From NCBI GenBank assembly GCA_002633005.1, contig NMRA01000577.1:1-64000 (forward strand): DNA of 64,000 nucleotides. The letters are read 5' to 3'. The notes under the pieces were generated by a model. That model saw only the letters and a list, made by a program, of their open reading frames with translations. It was not told the DNA's origin and made no database searches. Made by a program: the position numbers and the translations under genes. This document shows positions 14,101-29,100 of this stretch, in pieces. The stretch is from Phoronis australis. Its lineage: Eukaryota; Animalia; Phoronida. Positions within the stretch are counted from its first letter, which is position 1. The number at the start of each line of letters is the position of its first letter.

Positions 14101-17100
14101 CGCACAGACTATGGAATGGATCATCGTACCTAATATGTTCATCAATACTGACCTCTGGCTATTCTTTCCGTACATGAAACCCTATCGTTATTCCTTGTAA
14201 TACATTTATTGATTAATTTACTAAAATTATTGAATTTGATGCTGTTTATTTGAAACCTACAGCATTTGTGCTGGTCATGTGCGAATTGTTAAACATGGCT
14301 GTGATACCAGCTACTAAAACTGCTGCAGTATAACTAAGCCCTGTAAGACTTAACAGGAAGATTGGCATGTGGTAACGTAAAATCAATATTGTGTCCATAA
14401 TGGATCAGTGATGTTAGAGCCTCCCACAACTCATAACAGGTCAAAGCAAACATTAGTTATGATGTCACATTTGTAAGATCATTTTCCTGACTGTGTATTT
14501 ACTACTTCGATTGTTTCTAAATTCACCGCAAAAGCATTATTTGAGATTTCAAATAGTGATCCCTGATGTTTTTTGTGGTTTACATACTCTGTGGTAACAC
14601 ATACGTAAACAAAGTAATAGAACGATTCTGGAAAATCTCAGCTGTCCATGAACTGTTTTGGACATAATGTCAACGGTACAGCTCCTGCCTAGTGTTATTA
14701 CCAGACGTATGGTGTCACTAATGTACACCTCCCAACTAGTGTTATTACCAGTAGGTTATCACTAATGTACACCACCCAGCTAGTGTTATTACTAATATGG
14801 TGTCACTAATGTACTCCACCCAACTAGTGTTATTACCAGTATGGTGTTACTAATGTACACCACCCATCTAGTGTTGTTACCAGTATAGTGTCACTACTCT
14901 ACACCACTCAACTAGTGTTATTACCAGTAGGGTGTCACCTCCCAAACTAGTGTCGTTACGATGCCTCCAACAATATCAAAGTCCATGTTTAATATATAAA
15001 GATTGCCAATCAGTAGCAGATTATATTGTTGGTGAGAAAGTAATTCAGAACAAAAATGGAACAACCTACGGACGGCTTTCCCATACACGGGGTTGTCCTC
15101 TGGGGTAACAGTCTTAGATGTGTATTCTCTGCTCTATATAACTTACGTATTGTTTTGGGTGGGCATTTTGCTCTCAGGTATAGTCTCTGGTGGATATTTT
15201 GCTCTCTCAGTTATCATCTCAGGTGGATATTTGGCTCTCTCAGGTATCATCTTGAATGCGTGGGTAGTCTGTTCAAGTGGCTATTTTACCTCTTTGGTTT
15301 CATCTGGAATGAGTATTCTGCATTTGTCATTCGTGTTAATGCCTGGGCTTTTTTCATTATTTGATATTGGTTGCCCTAATCCTACATTATCTATTCTGAA
15401 TTTTGACTGTGCGGCGTCCCCAACTCCGTACCCATTACATAAAGAGAACACCCCCCGAAGACCCTGACATGACTGTATTGGTTGTTGTTGCATAAATGTA
15501 GGTGACTTGCATAGGAGGTATAACTTGCATCCTGTGCACTGGCAATGACGTATTATCTCAACAGTGTAATAGCATGATCGTATACGTGGATTATTATTGC
15601 AAGGGGCATGATTGTTTTTGTCTGGTTCTTTTTTAGACTCACAAGAGCCACCGATCAAGAAATCAGACCAAGTGCTGACATCTGTTGAGGCCCAGGTTCT
15701 ACTAAAACTTCTCAATGGTAAATCTGCTCGATAGGTCATTACAGTTTACCATGCGAGTCTGGATTATTTGCCAACTGTTGTTAACGGTTTGAACTACTTA
15801 ATTTTAGGAGAACTGTGGTAAGAACAGATAATCTACGATGTATGTATGATGGTTAGATCAGGGTGGCAGATGTATATCATGCGTTTGATTTTATTTAAGA
15901 TAATGTAGGACCCTAGAACAATGGCCAAATTTGGCTAACTTAGGAACATTATATCTCAGAAGTGGCCGATCGGATTAATACTTTCACATACCATTCTTAG
16001 TAGTCTCGCCTGCAAAACTTTTTTGAATTGTTTCAAATTTTCTGCCTTTGCATGTGGTGCTGGAAAAAAATGGGAGTTATGTGGTTTTTATGAAAAAACT
16101 CCAAGGTTGCATAACATGAAAACGGAAAGATGTTTTAGAAAACTGTAACAGCATTTTTGAGATTTCGTCTTAAAGCTTCATTTCAAATGAAATGTGGTCA
16201 TGTTAATTACTAAAGTGACTCAGTAAATGAAAAATTGGTTTAATGCTGAAATCAAAATCCACAGTTTTTAATGTACTTTAAGAAAACAAATACTTTTACA
16301 TAAATCTATACAATGTTGCTTTTTGGCCAAAATAGAGTCTTATCTCAAGCGCACGCGTTAAGATGTGCCCTGTGATTAGGCTCTTGATTTCTATACTTGT
16401 CGGTAACGTTCTACATTGCTTGAAGTCACATACGGAGACATGTTTAACTACCTAATGTGTGGAATACACTTGAGGTTTTTATATGCGGCATGCTAGCTTT
16501 CTTAGTTTTACAGAATAATTAGTACTTGCTGGGTGGAATTCATCGCTTTCTTCTGAGCTTCGAAAAGACTTGATTCATTCGAGTTTGAAGATGGTCATTT
16601 TTAATAGTATTTGCTTTGTGTACTTTTAGATGAGCCAAAATTGTCATCAGCCAGTGAAATTTCTGAAGCTTGCTCGTGTTTGATATCATCTAAAGGATCT
16701 TCTTTAATCAAAGTTCTTGAGTTACTGTTTTCTCTCTTTGTGCTTCTAAAAATTGAAAAAATGTGTACTTAAATTGCGGTCTTTCTTTTGGTCACATGAT
16801 TTTATACAGACTCTGTATAAAATCATGAGATTTCCTGCTGTACTTTAGGTGACCTGGATGTGAACGTCTTAACTGACGACGAGGTGAAGAGAATGTCCGA
16901 TTACGTGTCTCGACTCCTCGGTGACGACAACCAGAGAAAGAACCAACAGTCAGGTCAGTTGAGCCAGGTTGTAATTAAAGATGGGCCAGGTTGTAATTAA
17001 GGATGGACCAGGTTGTAATTAAGGATGGGCCAGGTTGTAATTAAGGATGGGCCAGGTTGTAATTAAGGATGGGCCGGGTTGTAATTAAGGATGGGCCAGG

Positions 17101-20100
17101 TTGTAATTAAGGAATGGTCACTTACGGAGGTCCCACATTTTGAGAACCAGTTTTGTATTGGTTCTAATAATATATCATTGGCAAATCTAATGGATTGGTC
17201 CTGCGGCTGGTTGCGGTGTTTCCTAAAAATTTCTCTCCGAAATGTTTTTCATATTTTTTTCATAATCTACTTTCACAAACACAAAAAAATCTCGGTCTTT
17301 AATTACAGTTCTGGAGATCCTTGCTTCATTGTCTTGTGATATTGAAATACTGACATATTAGTACCAGTAATTGTCGTTAGAAATTACGGTCAATCTATCA
17401 TTCCTCAGCTTACAGCCCCAGTTGGTCATCTTCTTAGTCTAAGTCCTTAGGCACGACCAAAAATGGGGTTAAAATAACTTCAGAAAGGTGGCTTTCGACT
17501 GATACTGTGCTTGATTTGTAAATAACTCCATCAACTCATTAACTACAGTCATTTCTCAAAATACATGTTAATATCTTTCAAAACTAAAGTAAGGCGCTTT
17601 ACAGTGCTAGAAACTTGTGAAAATGCGCAGTCAAAAGTACGAGTAACGGCTGCCATATTTGCCGTTTGTTTTCCTGGAAGTGAACTCTTGCAATTAGTGA
17701 GGATCAAAAAAACACTGAACTTTTGGTTCGCGCGAGTGCAGTCACTTTTCTACCCGTATTTTATTTTTTCTACTCGTATTTTTGAGCGTTTACCCGCCTA
17801 TGTTGAGCCCTGATTTATAACTTTTCGTGTCACATTTTACAGATGCCATTCAACTCATTTTAAAACTTATCTTTTCTTGCTTCTTTCTGGGTATAGAAGG
17901 ATTTTCTGGACTTGGGAAGTGCTGACAGTTTCTAGTGTTAGTAGCCATGCTGGGTGAATAACGTGAAGCTTGGCCAACTAATAACGAGCACGGAGTCTTT
18001 GCACAAATACACTCTACACAGCTATTTCTGAAAAATAATTAAATCTCACTTGAGCAAAGGTGCAAAGTCTCTGAGAATATACTCATAACTGCTAGTCATT
18101 GAGATAATTCGTATTTGTAGAATGCGATGCGCTCCTAATTACTTGGCTAATCTTTTTCTCTGCAACTGTGCTGTGGGAGCGTAAGACCAATATTCTGCCT
18201 CAAGTCTTAAGCCCCTCATGTAGCAGACCCCAGGGCCCAGTCTCAAATCTTTACTTGAAATGGAACTCGAAATTATGTTTGGCATTTTCTTCTCTACTTT
18301 TGTGCAAACTCAAGATGAGTGTCTATTATTCTGTGCTCGAGTACATAAAGACTTACTATGATAATTTTTTAAATCCAACATAAGGCTAAAATTTTGAGTT
18401 TGAACTCGAAAGTTTACTCGTCGAGTTTGTAGCACAAAAATAAGAGTGAGTGCAAACTTGGACAAGAACTTCGTGTGTGTAAACTGTAATGTCTTCTAGC
18501 ACAGTCTAATAAACGCTTCTTGATTTCGCACAAAAGTAGCAGAGAAATTGCCAAAAATAATTTCAAATTTGTTTCAAGTACAAAGATTAGATTCTGCCGG
18601 CCGTGGTTTCAAGCAACAACAAACTGCCCCTTTTCCTTAAGCCTAGGAATCTCTTCCTGTCTGTGAAAGCAACAATTTGAAACCATGTGGGCAAAATCAG
18701 AAGTTAATTTCTTGACTGAAGGTGAAGGTTATCGCGACTAGTCTGGAAACGTGTGTAATGTAAACTCGTTCATTCCTTGTGATCAAGGACTGCGATGATA
18801 GCACTAAAGAAACACACCCCTCATCTCTTCCATTTTGTACTTACTTGATATTTCTTTGATGTTGTCTGAACTCTTTGTTGTGTTACTGCTGTTAGTATGT
18901 TGAGAGAAAACAATCGGTGTTTCTCAAGTCGTGACGGCAAGAAATCCTTGGATTACTGCCTTTCAGGCTTCACATTTTGTTTGTGCGGACGGAGTTATGT
19001 GGAGATGAAGCGGTGCTGCAAATCTTTTCATGTTTGATACGTAACTGTTGTTAAGGTGCACATGTTGTGTTGGCTGGTGTCCTCATGAATGTATTCTAAT
19101 TGTATTTAGTTTCAAGTGAAACAGCAACAGTGCTACCCTCTGTGGGTGCTGACCAGAAGTATTCAGAACAAATGATGGATGGTTGGGCCAACCGTGACCC
19201 TGTGGGTGTTATAGAGGTTGACAAGTCTCAGGAGTCGGGTAAGACATGCTGAACATGAACAAGCCTGTTGCCATGTTTTTGTGTGATTCAGTTTAAAAAT
19301 GGTGTTGCCTCTGTACCCGTGTCTTATGGCAGACACGGTATGCATGACTCCTGCTGCCATCTGGCTGTGGGTGGAAGGCACTTGATCTTGGAAGTGGTTG
19401 TTGACACAGGGGATGATTTTGTGATGCGTCGTTTTTGGTAAATAGCAGTTCCTTGCAGAAATGCAGTAGCTCCTGAAAAACTGAAAGCCTTGAGAAGAGA
19501 ATGTTTTGGTGGGAAATAGGAGCAGGGCAGAAGTGCTATGATTCTCAGTGGTCTCTGTTCAGTCACCTTTTAATCCCAGACTTCATCTTCTTTTCTCCCG
19601 TGAGACATTTAAAAGTAATACCAAGACATTATTGAGACTTTGTTTGAACGAGAGTCAAAGTAAACAGCGATGGATTCTATCATTTGCAGTCTACCCTTGA
19701 AGCCTTGAATTGTAGCCTCACTGCGCTGAACTGAAGTAAGAGCGTGTTTTTCTGCAAACCATTAGAACCACTTTAAGCCTTTGTCATATAACATGATGCA
19801 AACAATAACACCATCGTCAGTGTAGAGCTGAGGTTTGTGTCAGTAGTAAATGAGCAAATGTAAATTTACTAGGTGGCGCTAGTGTGATAGCGGTCCATCC
19901 TGGAGTAATTCACTACGTGTACACTTAGGTGGCGCTGCAAAAATAATTGTTGTTCATTGTACTTTATGTCACAATGCATCGTTTTGGCATAAATTTTAAC
20001 AACGCAAACTTCAAAGCGCGCGTGCTCCAAACATGCAAAATCATTGCAGTTCAAACATAATGGAGAATTGGTGCTAGTAGTGAATGCAGCCAATCACGTG

Positions 20101-23100
20101 GTACTGTTTGTCCACACGCATTCTCGTGTAGATGAACTGCTTTCTGCTCTCGATCTATCTAGGTATTAAAAAGAGGTGCCTTTATTCGTTAGCGCCACCT
20201 GGTGAATGTAGGCTCTCACTGACTATCTCTAATACTAAAGTTTCAGTAATGGTGATTAGGGTTTGCCACGAAATATGTGTCGGTCCTTTTTTGTAAACAT
20301 TACACACTACATGTTCCATGTGCCGCAGCAGCAACTCCTAAATGGGCGACACCTAGTGTGATGGAGATAACAAAGGAACAGTCGAATGACGCGCTGCTCT
20401 CAAATTATGCTGCTCAGAAGAAGGAGGTGGCCTCTGTTGGTGAAAAGTCAGGTAATCTCTATTCATTGTGCTGGAGGCTGTACAGATTTAGCTCTTGCTT
20501 GTGTTCAGTAATGACCTGAGGGGATATTTTGACGTAATTTAAATACTTGCCTAATGCCTAATGAATCTGGTACTTTAGCAAATTAACGTTGCTATACACT
20601 TATGGAAAAGTGAAACATTTTAAGAACATTCCTATTAATTGTTTTGTAGAACAGTGTATCAAGTATGGTGTCTGTATGTTTCGTATTAATCCAATCAGTC
20701 GTTTCTGAGATATCATCTTTCAAAGTAAGCCAAGGTGCAACATGTTTTGATGGTCCTATGTAGCCTTATTGTCTATGAAACTATAAATTTTAAATCTGTA
20801 AAAGTTCGTGTTATCTGAATATGGAAAGCCTGTAGTTGACTTTTTTACCAATCTGCAATGAGTTGGGCCACTTGACAATGTATGTTCAGTTAATTTAACA
20901 AAAATAAAGGTATGGTTGACAGATCAGCTGTATCAATAACATGATCAAATTTCATTTGTTGTTCAATATGAAGTGTCAAAAATGCGGTTACAATTTTTTG
21001 GTTATCGTTTCGTTTTGTATAGCTTTTGATTTAAAAATGATAAAAGTCCTATTTTTGATATCCCCTCTTGCGTAAGTGGAACATTTTATAAACAATTCCC
21101 AACAGTCTTTTAGAGAACGCTGCTTAACGCGTATTATCTAAAAGTTTCAGAATCTGGTCATTCATTTCTAAGACATGATTTTCAAATTTTAGGGAAATTT
21201 GGACATTTTTCTAGGGGCCTATATAACCTTAACTGTAAAGGTTTTCTTTTTTTAAGGGCATGAATTTCCATTTTAGGTTAGTTTTAATGTATTTTTTCTT
21301 TTTCGTGTCAGTGATATTTTGTTGGAACTGAAAACATTATTGTGCTCGTCTCCTGTTTGATTTTGATTTGATTTTTTCACGTCCGCCTGCTTACACTACT
21401 GTGAAATTTTTGGAGGCTCAGAATTCCTCGTTCCAGTTTTTTGAATCTTAGACACGGTAATGACGAGGTCAGATTTAGCTAAATTCGCTTAAAAAATTTC
21501 AGCTGCAGTTGTCGTGGAACCGTCGACAGAGAAACCTAAATCAAAATATGCCTTGGTTGAAAATGATTACGTCTACATAACATTCTCTGGCAGGTAAGTC
21601 TAGTTACAGTAATGGTGGGGCGAGGTAATTGCCTGGGTACTCTCAAGTAGACAGACCTCTAACCTGAGCTTGGAATTTCCATTAAAAATGAGGCTGTGTG
21701 TTTTTGCATTATTGCTGAATATGTGGTTATGGCTCAGGACTCGTTGCCACTGAATATCATGAAACTTGTCACCTTACCATGATTCAGGAATGAAGGACAT
21801 GTTTATTCTCTTAAATAGTCCTCCAGTCCACATTACAATATTTAAGTTTTCACTGAACAAAATGTCTGTGCAATTTTACAAATATGTCCACTCTGGAATA
21901 TTAGCTATTCCACAATAATTTTTTGCTGCCTTCTGCATTTGCAATAAACCTGACTACATTGTCCAAAAGCTCCATTGTTGTTAGTCAACAGTAGACTTTC
22001 AAAATTCAAGTGTTTAACATAAAAGTCACATCATAAGTATTGTTGCCCGATATCATTAAAGTGTTCCAATCATAATAAAGACACATTTGTTGCCTGGCTC
22101 TAACCACACAGACCTTCCTTTTAAAACCATTAAAGAATGTCCTGCACATCTGATACGTGCCAACGCTGAACGGTTGTGAAAACAAAAGCTTGAGATAATT
22201 TTGCAACAAGAATTCAGTTTTGGCTATTTTGTACTAAGTTTTCTAAAATTTGAGATGATCTTTTCCTACTGTTGGTTACAATATTGCTTAAATTGTTATA
22301 TCAGTAATATTTCGTCACCAACTCCCTGACTCAGCCAGGCGTTATCACAGTTGCATTGAAATAGTATGTTTAACATTTTGAGCCCTACATGAGATGTACA
22401 GTTTATTTCCGTACCTTGAAGTCATAAGCCCATAGCACAGATTGTGACACTAGTCTGATGTAACATGCCCGCATTTTGAGAACCAGTTTTCTCCACTTAA
22501 TAACGGGCATCAAACTGGTTCTCAAAATGTGGGCGCGTTATATCCGACTATTGCCCAAATTGCAACAATTAACATGTTTTATAAGCAGACATTTACTACT
22601 GTAACAGCACTTCAGGACAGGTGTTAACGTGTCATAACTCTAATGTTGATTTTGTATGCGCTTGTTTTCTGGTAGAATTCTTACATGACAAAATAAGACT
22701 CATTTAAACACAGTGAACAGCGTGTATTCAACATTTTAACATAACTGAACTGTCTTATGGATTTAATTCAATGATAATTTAGATATCTATAAATCTTTTT
22801 ACAAGCAACTTTAATTTTTACCTCCCAGGCTTGACAGTTCCAAGGCTATGTCTGTTGTACAGGGGCTGGAGGCGCTGTTGAATCTGAACCAAGGAGACTT
22901 TAACAGTCCTAGGTAAGTTGTGTGGTGTAGTTGTCACCATGTGGACCCCCAGCCTCTCTGTAGTCTCCTGGAGTTAAGATCTGCATAGGGAGTGTCATCT
23001 GCCAAAAATGTTCTGTCTCTAGAGTTTGGGACACGGAAACTCCAGAAAAAAAGGAAATTTCTCGATTCTGGAATTTGGGACTTGGGCGATTTTGACGTTC

Positions 23101-26100
23101 ATCGTAGTTCTCAAATTTTGGACAATCTGTTTTCAATCTACAGAGTGAGTAATTTTACCATTTTCCAGTGATTCTTGAATTTGGGATATTACTTATAATA
23201 TATTGCCTTTTTCTGGATTGTGGGACAAGCTCATACCTTGTGCAATTTTCCACTGTCCCAAACTGGAGAGTTTTTACCGTACTCTAAACTTAGGAAAACA
23301 CTTGAAATTATAGTAATAATAACAATAAAAAAAGGTTTAATTAAATCTTTTTCCATCCAAATGCTTCAGGGACTTATTGCAGTCATTGGCATTTTCATGG
23401 GTATGCATAATGGGCTTTTCTTGGGACACCCTTCCCCTGAAAATGTGCTTTATATTATGGGCCTATATTTCTTTACATTAGCTACTTGGTTGTATTCTTC
23501 GTAGGCTCCATACTGAAACTGCAGATAAAACAATTATTGTTTTAACGATTCTCCATACATTTTGTTGATCATTATCAAAAACTAAAAACAAACAAATAAA
23601 AAATGAGTTTTGTTGTTTTGCATCACCATCTTTATGACATTAAAAGCTTTGACTATGGCATACAAGTGTTATCTCATTTTTCATAATTGATAAGCAGCAA
23701 CAAATCCAAAAAACAACGGATTTCACGATATTAGCATCACAGCTACAACTAATTAATGGTTACATCAAAAGGTGGCACTGTATGTCATGTCTGACTATAG
23801 GTGGCACTCATGTATGGTGTGTTGATTCTCAGCCTGTCACCACCATGACATACAGTCATATTATCAAGTCTGATTGGTGTACCAAATTTTATTTGAAGAA
23901 TTTTTTTGTTAGTGCACAGTAATATGAAACTTAAATACACATTTTGTTTCAGGCTCGAGAACAACAGCGTAATATTTCACGTTTCTCCCGACAACAAAAG
24001 ATCACTCAACGCTTCACAGGTGGCATCTCTGGCCTGTAAGTTTTTATCTTTTTTTTTAAATTATGGTTATTTAATCCATAACAGTACAAGCCAAAAGAAA
24101 ACACTAAAATACCATTTCCATGTGATTACTCTCAATTCTGCCTGCAGTTTCTTTTCGGTTTAATTCTCGCTGTCATGACACGCCATAATGGCTATAATCT
24201 CACAATCTATCGCTGCTGCCACAACGGTCCATTATGCAGGTAACCATGGTGACCCAATTTCCAATGTACATGTGCAATGTGCTAAGCCTCCTCATGTCAA
24301 CAATGTGACTACCATAGTTCGTAATGGTGTATTACCTAAGATTGTTGATACCACATTGACAGCTGTGAAAGTTTCATTTATATCTTTCGATTACTCGAAA
24401 GTTCCTGTTTTTTCTACAGCTCTTAGCAGACTTTGTTTAACCTCGGATGAGGACCGACAACCTGGTCATCACAAAAATCATGAACAAAAACAGTAACCAT
24501 TTTGCAAAATACATACATATGATCAATGTTTGTCCAAAGAGAGGAAGATTGTTCTCATGAACATTTTGAAGCGGACATGCATTTTGCAAGCGCGACCACC
24601 CTAATTGATTAATTCACGTCGCCTTAATGCAGTATATGTGAGGCATCGAAACATGATGTTTCATTCATTGGATTACGCGAATCAAATAAGGATAACAATA
24701 TTACTAGGCGCTATCGAACCATAATGAATTCAATAAACAAAACATTGGATATTAATACAATTTTTTATATGCTCAAAATTACTGGGGAATAACTTCACAG
24801 GGGGAGGGGCATAAAGAACTGATACTGAATAGTAAAGAAATTTAAGACTACCGACTGAACAAACCTCGGCTTATTTTACCAGACATCAAAAATTTCCTGT
24901 TTTTTAGCATTCTTGTAGTGTTCATTGTAAAATTTTTGACATCTGGCCTCTGAAAATTATAAGATTTTGTATGCATGTATAAAACTATACAATTCCACAA
25001 AACGTTCATGCATAATCAAGGCCCATGATTAAAATGGAACGTGACTGCGCATTGCATTGCCTAGATTGGCGTGCTGTTGTGGTGAACTATGGAATAGGCA
25101 ACATTACAAGTGACGTGAAATTCAGCGGAAACCAATATTTTTGAAACAGTTGTGCATCTATCAGTTATAATTTGATGCAGCTTGTGTGACTCTCACGTGA
25201 AGTTGTGTTGTAACGGTTGACCTAATGACAGTTCATCCGTCACCTGTGTTTGTCGCGCCGTGCATTTTTTAAAGATATCATGAGGTTTGTTTACGATTGA
25301 TTACATCTGAACTATAGAAATAGTGGATAGCTTTTCCACTTGATTTAAATTACCCGTTATGCCAAACAGTTACTATGATTGTCAATTTCACTTTCACTGA
25401 ACCGTCATAGCGCGGAATTTTGTTTGCTCTCGAGTGTCATGTCATGGTATGACAGGTCATTTTGTCTGTTTTCTTTTGGCTTGTACTGTGAAATACATTA
25501 GTTTTCCAAAAGGTAGTTCATAGTAAACAACATTGCACGATGAACAGTTTGTATTATCTGTAAAAAACCTGTAAAGGAATTACTTTACATTAAAGAGTCA
25601 TTGGCCATTCAGGACCAGCATGCTGCTGGTTCTCTGAATAACATGCAGAGCTCAGTGACACTACAGCTATGGTGATGACCTATTTACTATTTCCTGTCAT
25701 TGTTGCTACACTCATTTCACTACATGGATGTTGCCTGACTTGTATGTCGATACTTGATGTCTTATTATTTATAACGTGATGATGTCTAATGAATAGACAA
25801 AATGTCGAATCAATATGAACTTTTTTATTTGTGTGGCGTGTGTGTCCCTGTTATGGCCAAAAAGTGTTGTAATGAACATTTTGGCAATTTGACTAATAGT
25901 AAATAATAAATGTATTTGCTGTTGTTTGTTTACCGCTCACATGTGCAAGAGGAGAAAAAAGAATCAAAATGTCGGCACGTTTAGATTCCGAAACCCAAAC
26001 ATGTTCTGAAATAACGTCACTCGAAACCTTGCGTGGAATATAAATTGTAACTGTAACAGTCTTTTCAGCAAGTCTACAACATAAAGTTGACTGCATGCTT

Positions 26101-29100
26101 AGAATAACTTTGTCCTCTTGCTATTCACCTAAGCTTTACTGTACAATTCACCAGACCCACAATTATTGGACTCTTGTCACTTGCAAATGTGTTAATAATA
26201 CCATTTAGTCCTTTGACTAGTATAATTACCTGTCAATACTCCCCTTGGTGATAGGTGTCACTCTTAATCAGGTATTGCATTTCACCTGAAACTGTGATTA
26301 CTTATTCTTGCGAGACTAGGACAATGGTCCAAGGGCAATTACGCGGTGTTGCTCAGGTGTACAATGGGAATATGGCTTGTTATAGAACTCAATGCGTGGT
26401 CATCTTGCCTGAGATTGCTCTGATTTTTGACAGAACATTGGGGATCACATGTCGTAATTAGTTTTGGCTATTATGTACCTTGTAGGTCTCAACAGAGATC
26501 TGTGTATTCTGTTACAAGTCAGCTCTGCAGTAAGAGAACTAGACAAAACAGCCATTTGCTTCCTTGTACTGGCACAATCAATGCGGTCATATAATATATT
26601 TCGTTGTGTTTAGTTTGCTAGTTGTTGTATGGGACAGAGATTTTACTAGTTAGCATATGAAACAGATTTTATTTAGTTATTAAGTGGAATATTACTGAAT
26701 AACAAACAGAGATCTCACTAGTTAATTTATGAAACATAATTCACTTGCTAAAATATGAACAGATTTCACTTGCTAAAATATGAACAGATTTCACTTGCTA
26801 AAATATGAACAGATTTCACTAGCTAAAATATGAACAGATTTCACTAGCTAAAATATGAACAGATTTCACTAGCTAAAATATGAACAGATTTCACTAGCTA
26901 AAATATGAACAGATTTCACTAGCTAAAATATGAACAGATTTCACTATGAATATGAAACAGAGATTTCAGTAGTTAATAATGAGCAGGGATTTCACTAGTT
27001 ACAGTAAAAATTATCCAGTTTGGGACAGTGAAGAGTTAAGTATTTTGCTCAAGGTGTAAAACCCTGGTCTATTGTTAGACCACAATGAGACTTGATCTGT
27101 TCTTAAGTCCCGTCTACACACACACTTAACCGTAGCACAAGTTCCACTTATGTGCAACTTGGCCCACTTTAGCTGGACCGTCCGCACACAGGTATCGGAT
27201 AACTAGTTGTTGCTCTGTGCGTGAACAGGTGACGCGAATATGGGTACAAAAGAAGACCCGTCAGTATCCGCATTTCATAATTACTTCCACCTTTCCCCAC
27301 GTTTGCATCCACTCAGTAATTAAAAGTGGCACAAGTTACCCTAGACCAAGGTACCTCACCTCTGTAAGGTGGAAAAAGTTGTCACAAGTGGGGCAAGTTG
27401 CACTAGTTTAAATAGCGTCCACACAGCCTCCAAACCTAGTGCAAGACTCTGGTCTGTACTTGAACCCCTGTAAAATTGTGGTGTGTTCTTAACACAAGGC
27501 AATTTATATTTTCATCTACGAGATGTGCTGTAATTGGTTTAATCAGACATGTTACTGCTTTCGGTTTACATTTAAAAAAGTCATCAATCAGCTTTTAACA
27601 GGCTATGCATCACTGAATTCGCAACCATATATAGTTGAAAACATGTCGAAATTGTTATTGATGTGTTAGGTCTTGCGCAGACTCAAAAATTTTTTTAGTA
27701 CATCAGTACTATGTTAAATCTGATCTCTAGTTTGAGACCATAAAATTGTTATGCTTACTCATTTGGTGGACTCATTAAGTAGGTCTGGTCCTAAATATTC
27801 ACTGCAAAAAATAGGTAGCCATCTAAAACTGCAATATTAAATAAATAAAAAAATAAATAAATATATATTATTTATTTATTATTAAAACTGCAATATTTAG
27901 TCATTTTGGATACAAAATAGAATCACTGAGGTAGGAAGTCGGGCAATATTCTGGAAACATGACATGATGTAAAAATTTATTTTTATGCACCCACATAAAT
28001 TATATGAATGCATGTTGCCGTCATCTGTGGTCTGGTCGTCCGGCGTCTGCTGCTGTATCTGCTAAACCCTTACCAGATTTTCATGAAAATTGACGAGTGT
28101 GTTCCTGATGATAGATGGCGACATCTTTTGGATGAATCTAAGTGTCTTGCACTATAGCATCCTGTCAGAAATATAGTGGAGTAATCCTCAAGTGCCTCGT
28201 GGTTAAGTTCAGAACATATTTTAAAAAATTTTCAAGATGAAGAACCCAACAAACGTTTCAAAATTAATGAAACTGAATGCTTTAGATATCAGATTAATGA
28301 ATATTTCAACAAATTAAATAAAATATCTATGTATCCAGCTCATTAACAAGAGACCCCTGCTGATAACTTCAGTCCTTATGTCACCCAAACTCATTCCAAA
28401 GTTAGTGTGCGATGTCATTAGTTTTGTAGAGGAAATGTTTTGATTTTGAGGATGAAATCTGTAAAACGTTTTAGAAGTCTGGGAGAATCCTCAGTGGTTG
28501 CTCATGGTGGTACCGCTAAACTTTTTAAAATGAGTACGGCAAACAATCTCCAATTGGGACACGGAAACTTTCACAAAAATTGGATTTTCCTGGTTCTGAA
28601 ATTTGGGACAAGGGCAATTTTGGTGTTCACCAAATTTCTCAAATTTCGTACAATTTTTTCCGGAATCTACAAAGTGGATAATTTTGCCATCTTCTAATGC
28701 TTGAATTTGGGACGGCCAATATTTCCTGTTTCTAAAATTTAGGACAAGCTCCATAATATCTTATTTTTCACTTTCTTAAATTTTAGAATTTTTACTTGAG
28801 TTACTTTTGATTAGTACCTTTGGATGACACTGTCTCATATGTTGATGACATCATCTGACAAATTGGTAACCAAGGGTTACGCCGTGAAAACTGGTTGTGA
28901 TCCACTAATGCTCAAAAACAACACTGAAGTTAAGCTTTTGGCGGCAGCAACTTAGGTACGTTCACATTTAAAGAAGGTCGCGCAAGACCATGCAGAATCA
29001 CTAAAAGTGAAAGAAAATGGCGGCCACTGAAATGGCAGTTGGCAAGTACTTGGCAAGTGTATTGGGTCTACAGAAGGGAAGGCTGACCTAGCCTATCAGC

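Noticed and set aside
16961-17112. Short direct repeats considered as a CRISPR-like array (also 26741-26946)
   Set aside because: Head-to-tail units with no unique spacers, in a eukaryotic intron, with no cas genes.
24188-24496. 102-aa ORF and a hammerhead-like CGGATGA-G-GACC..GGTC near 24444
   Set aside because: The ORF has no recognisable domain, and the motif lacks the GAAA half of the core.
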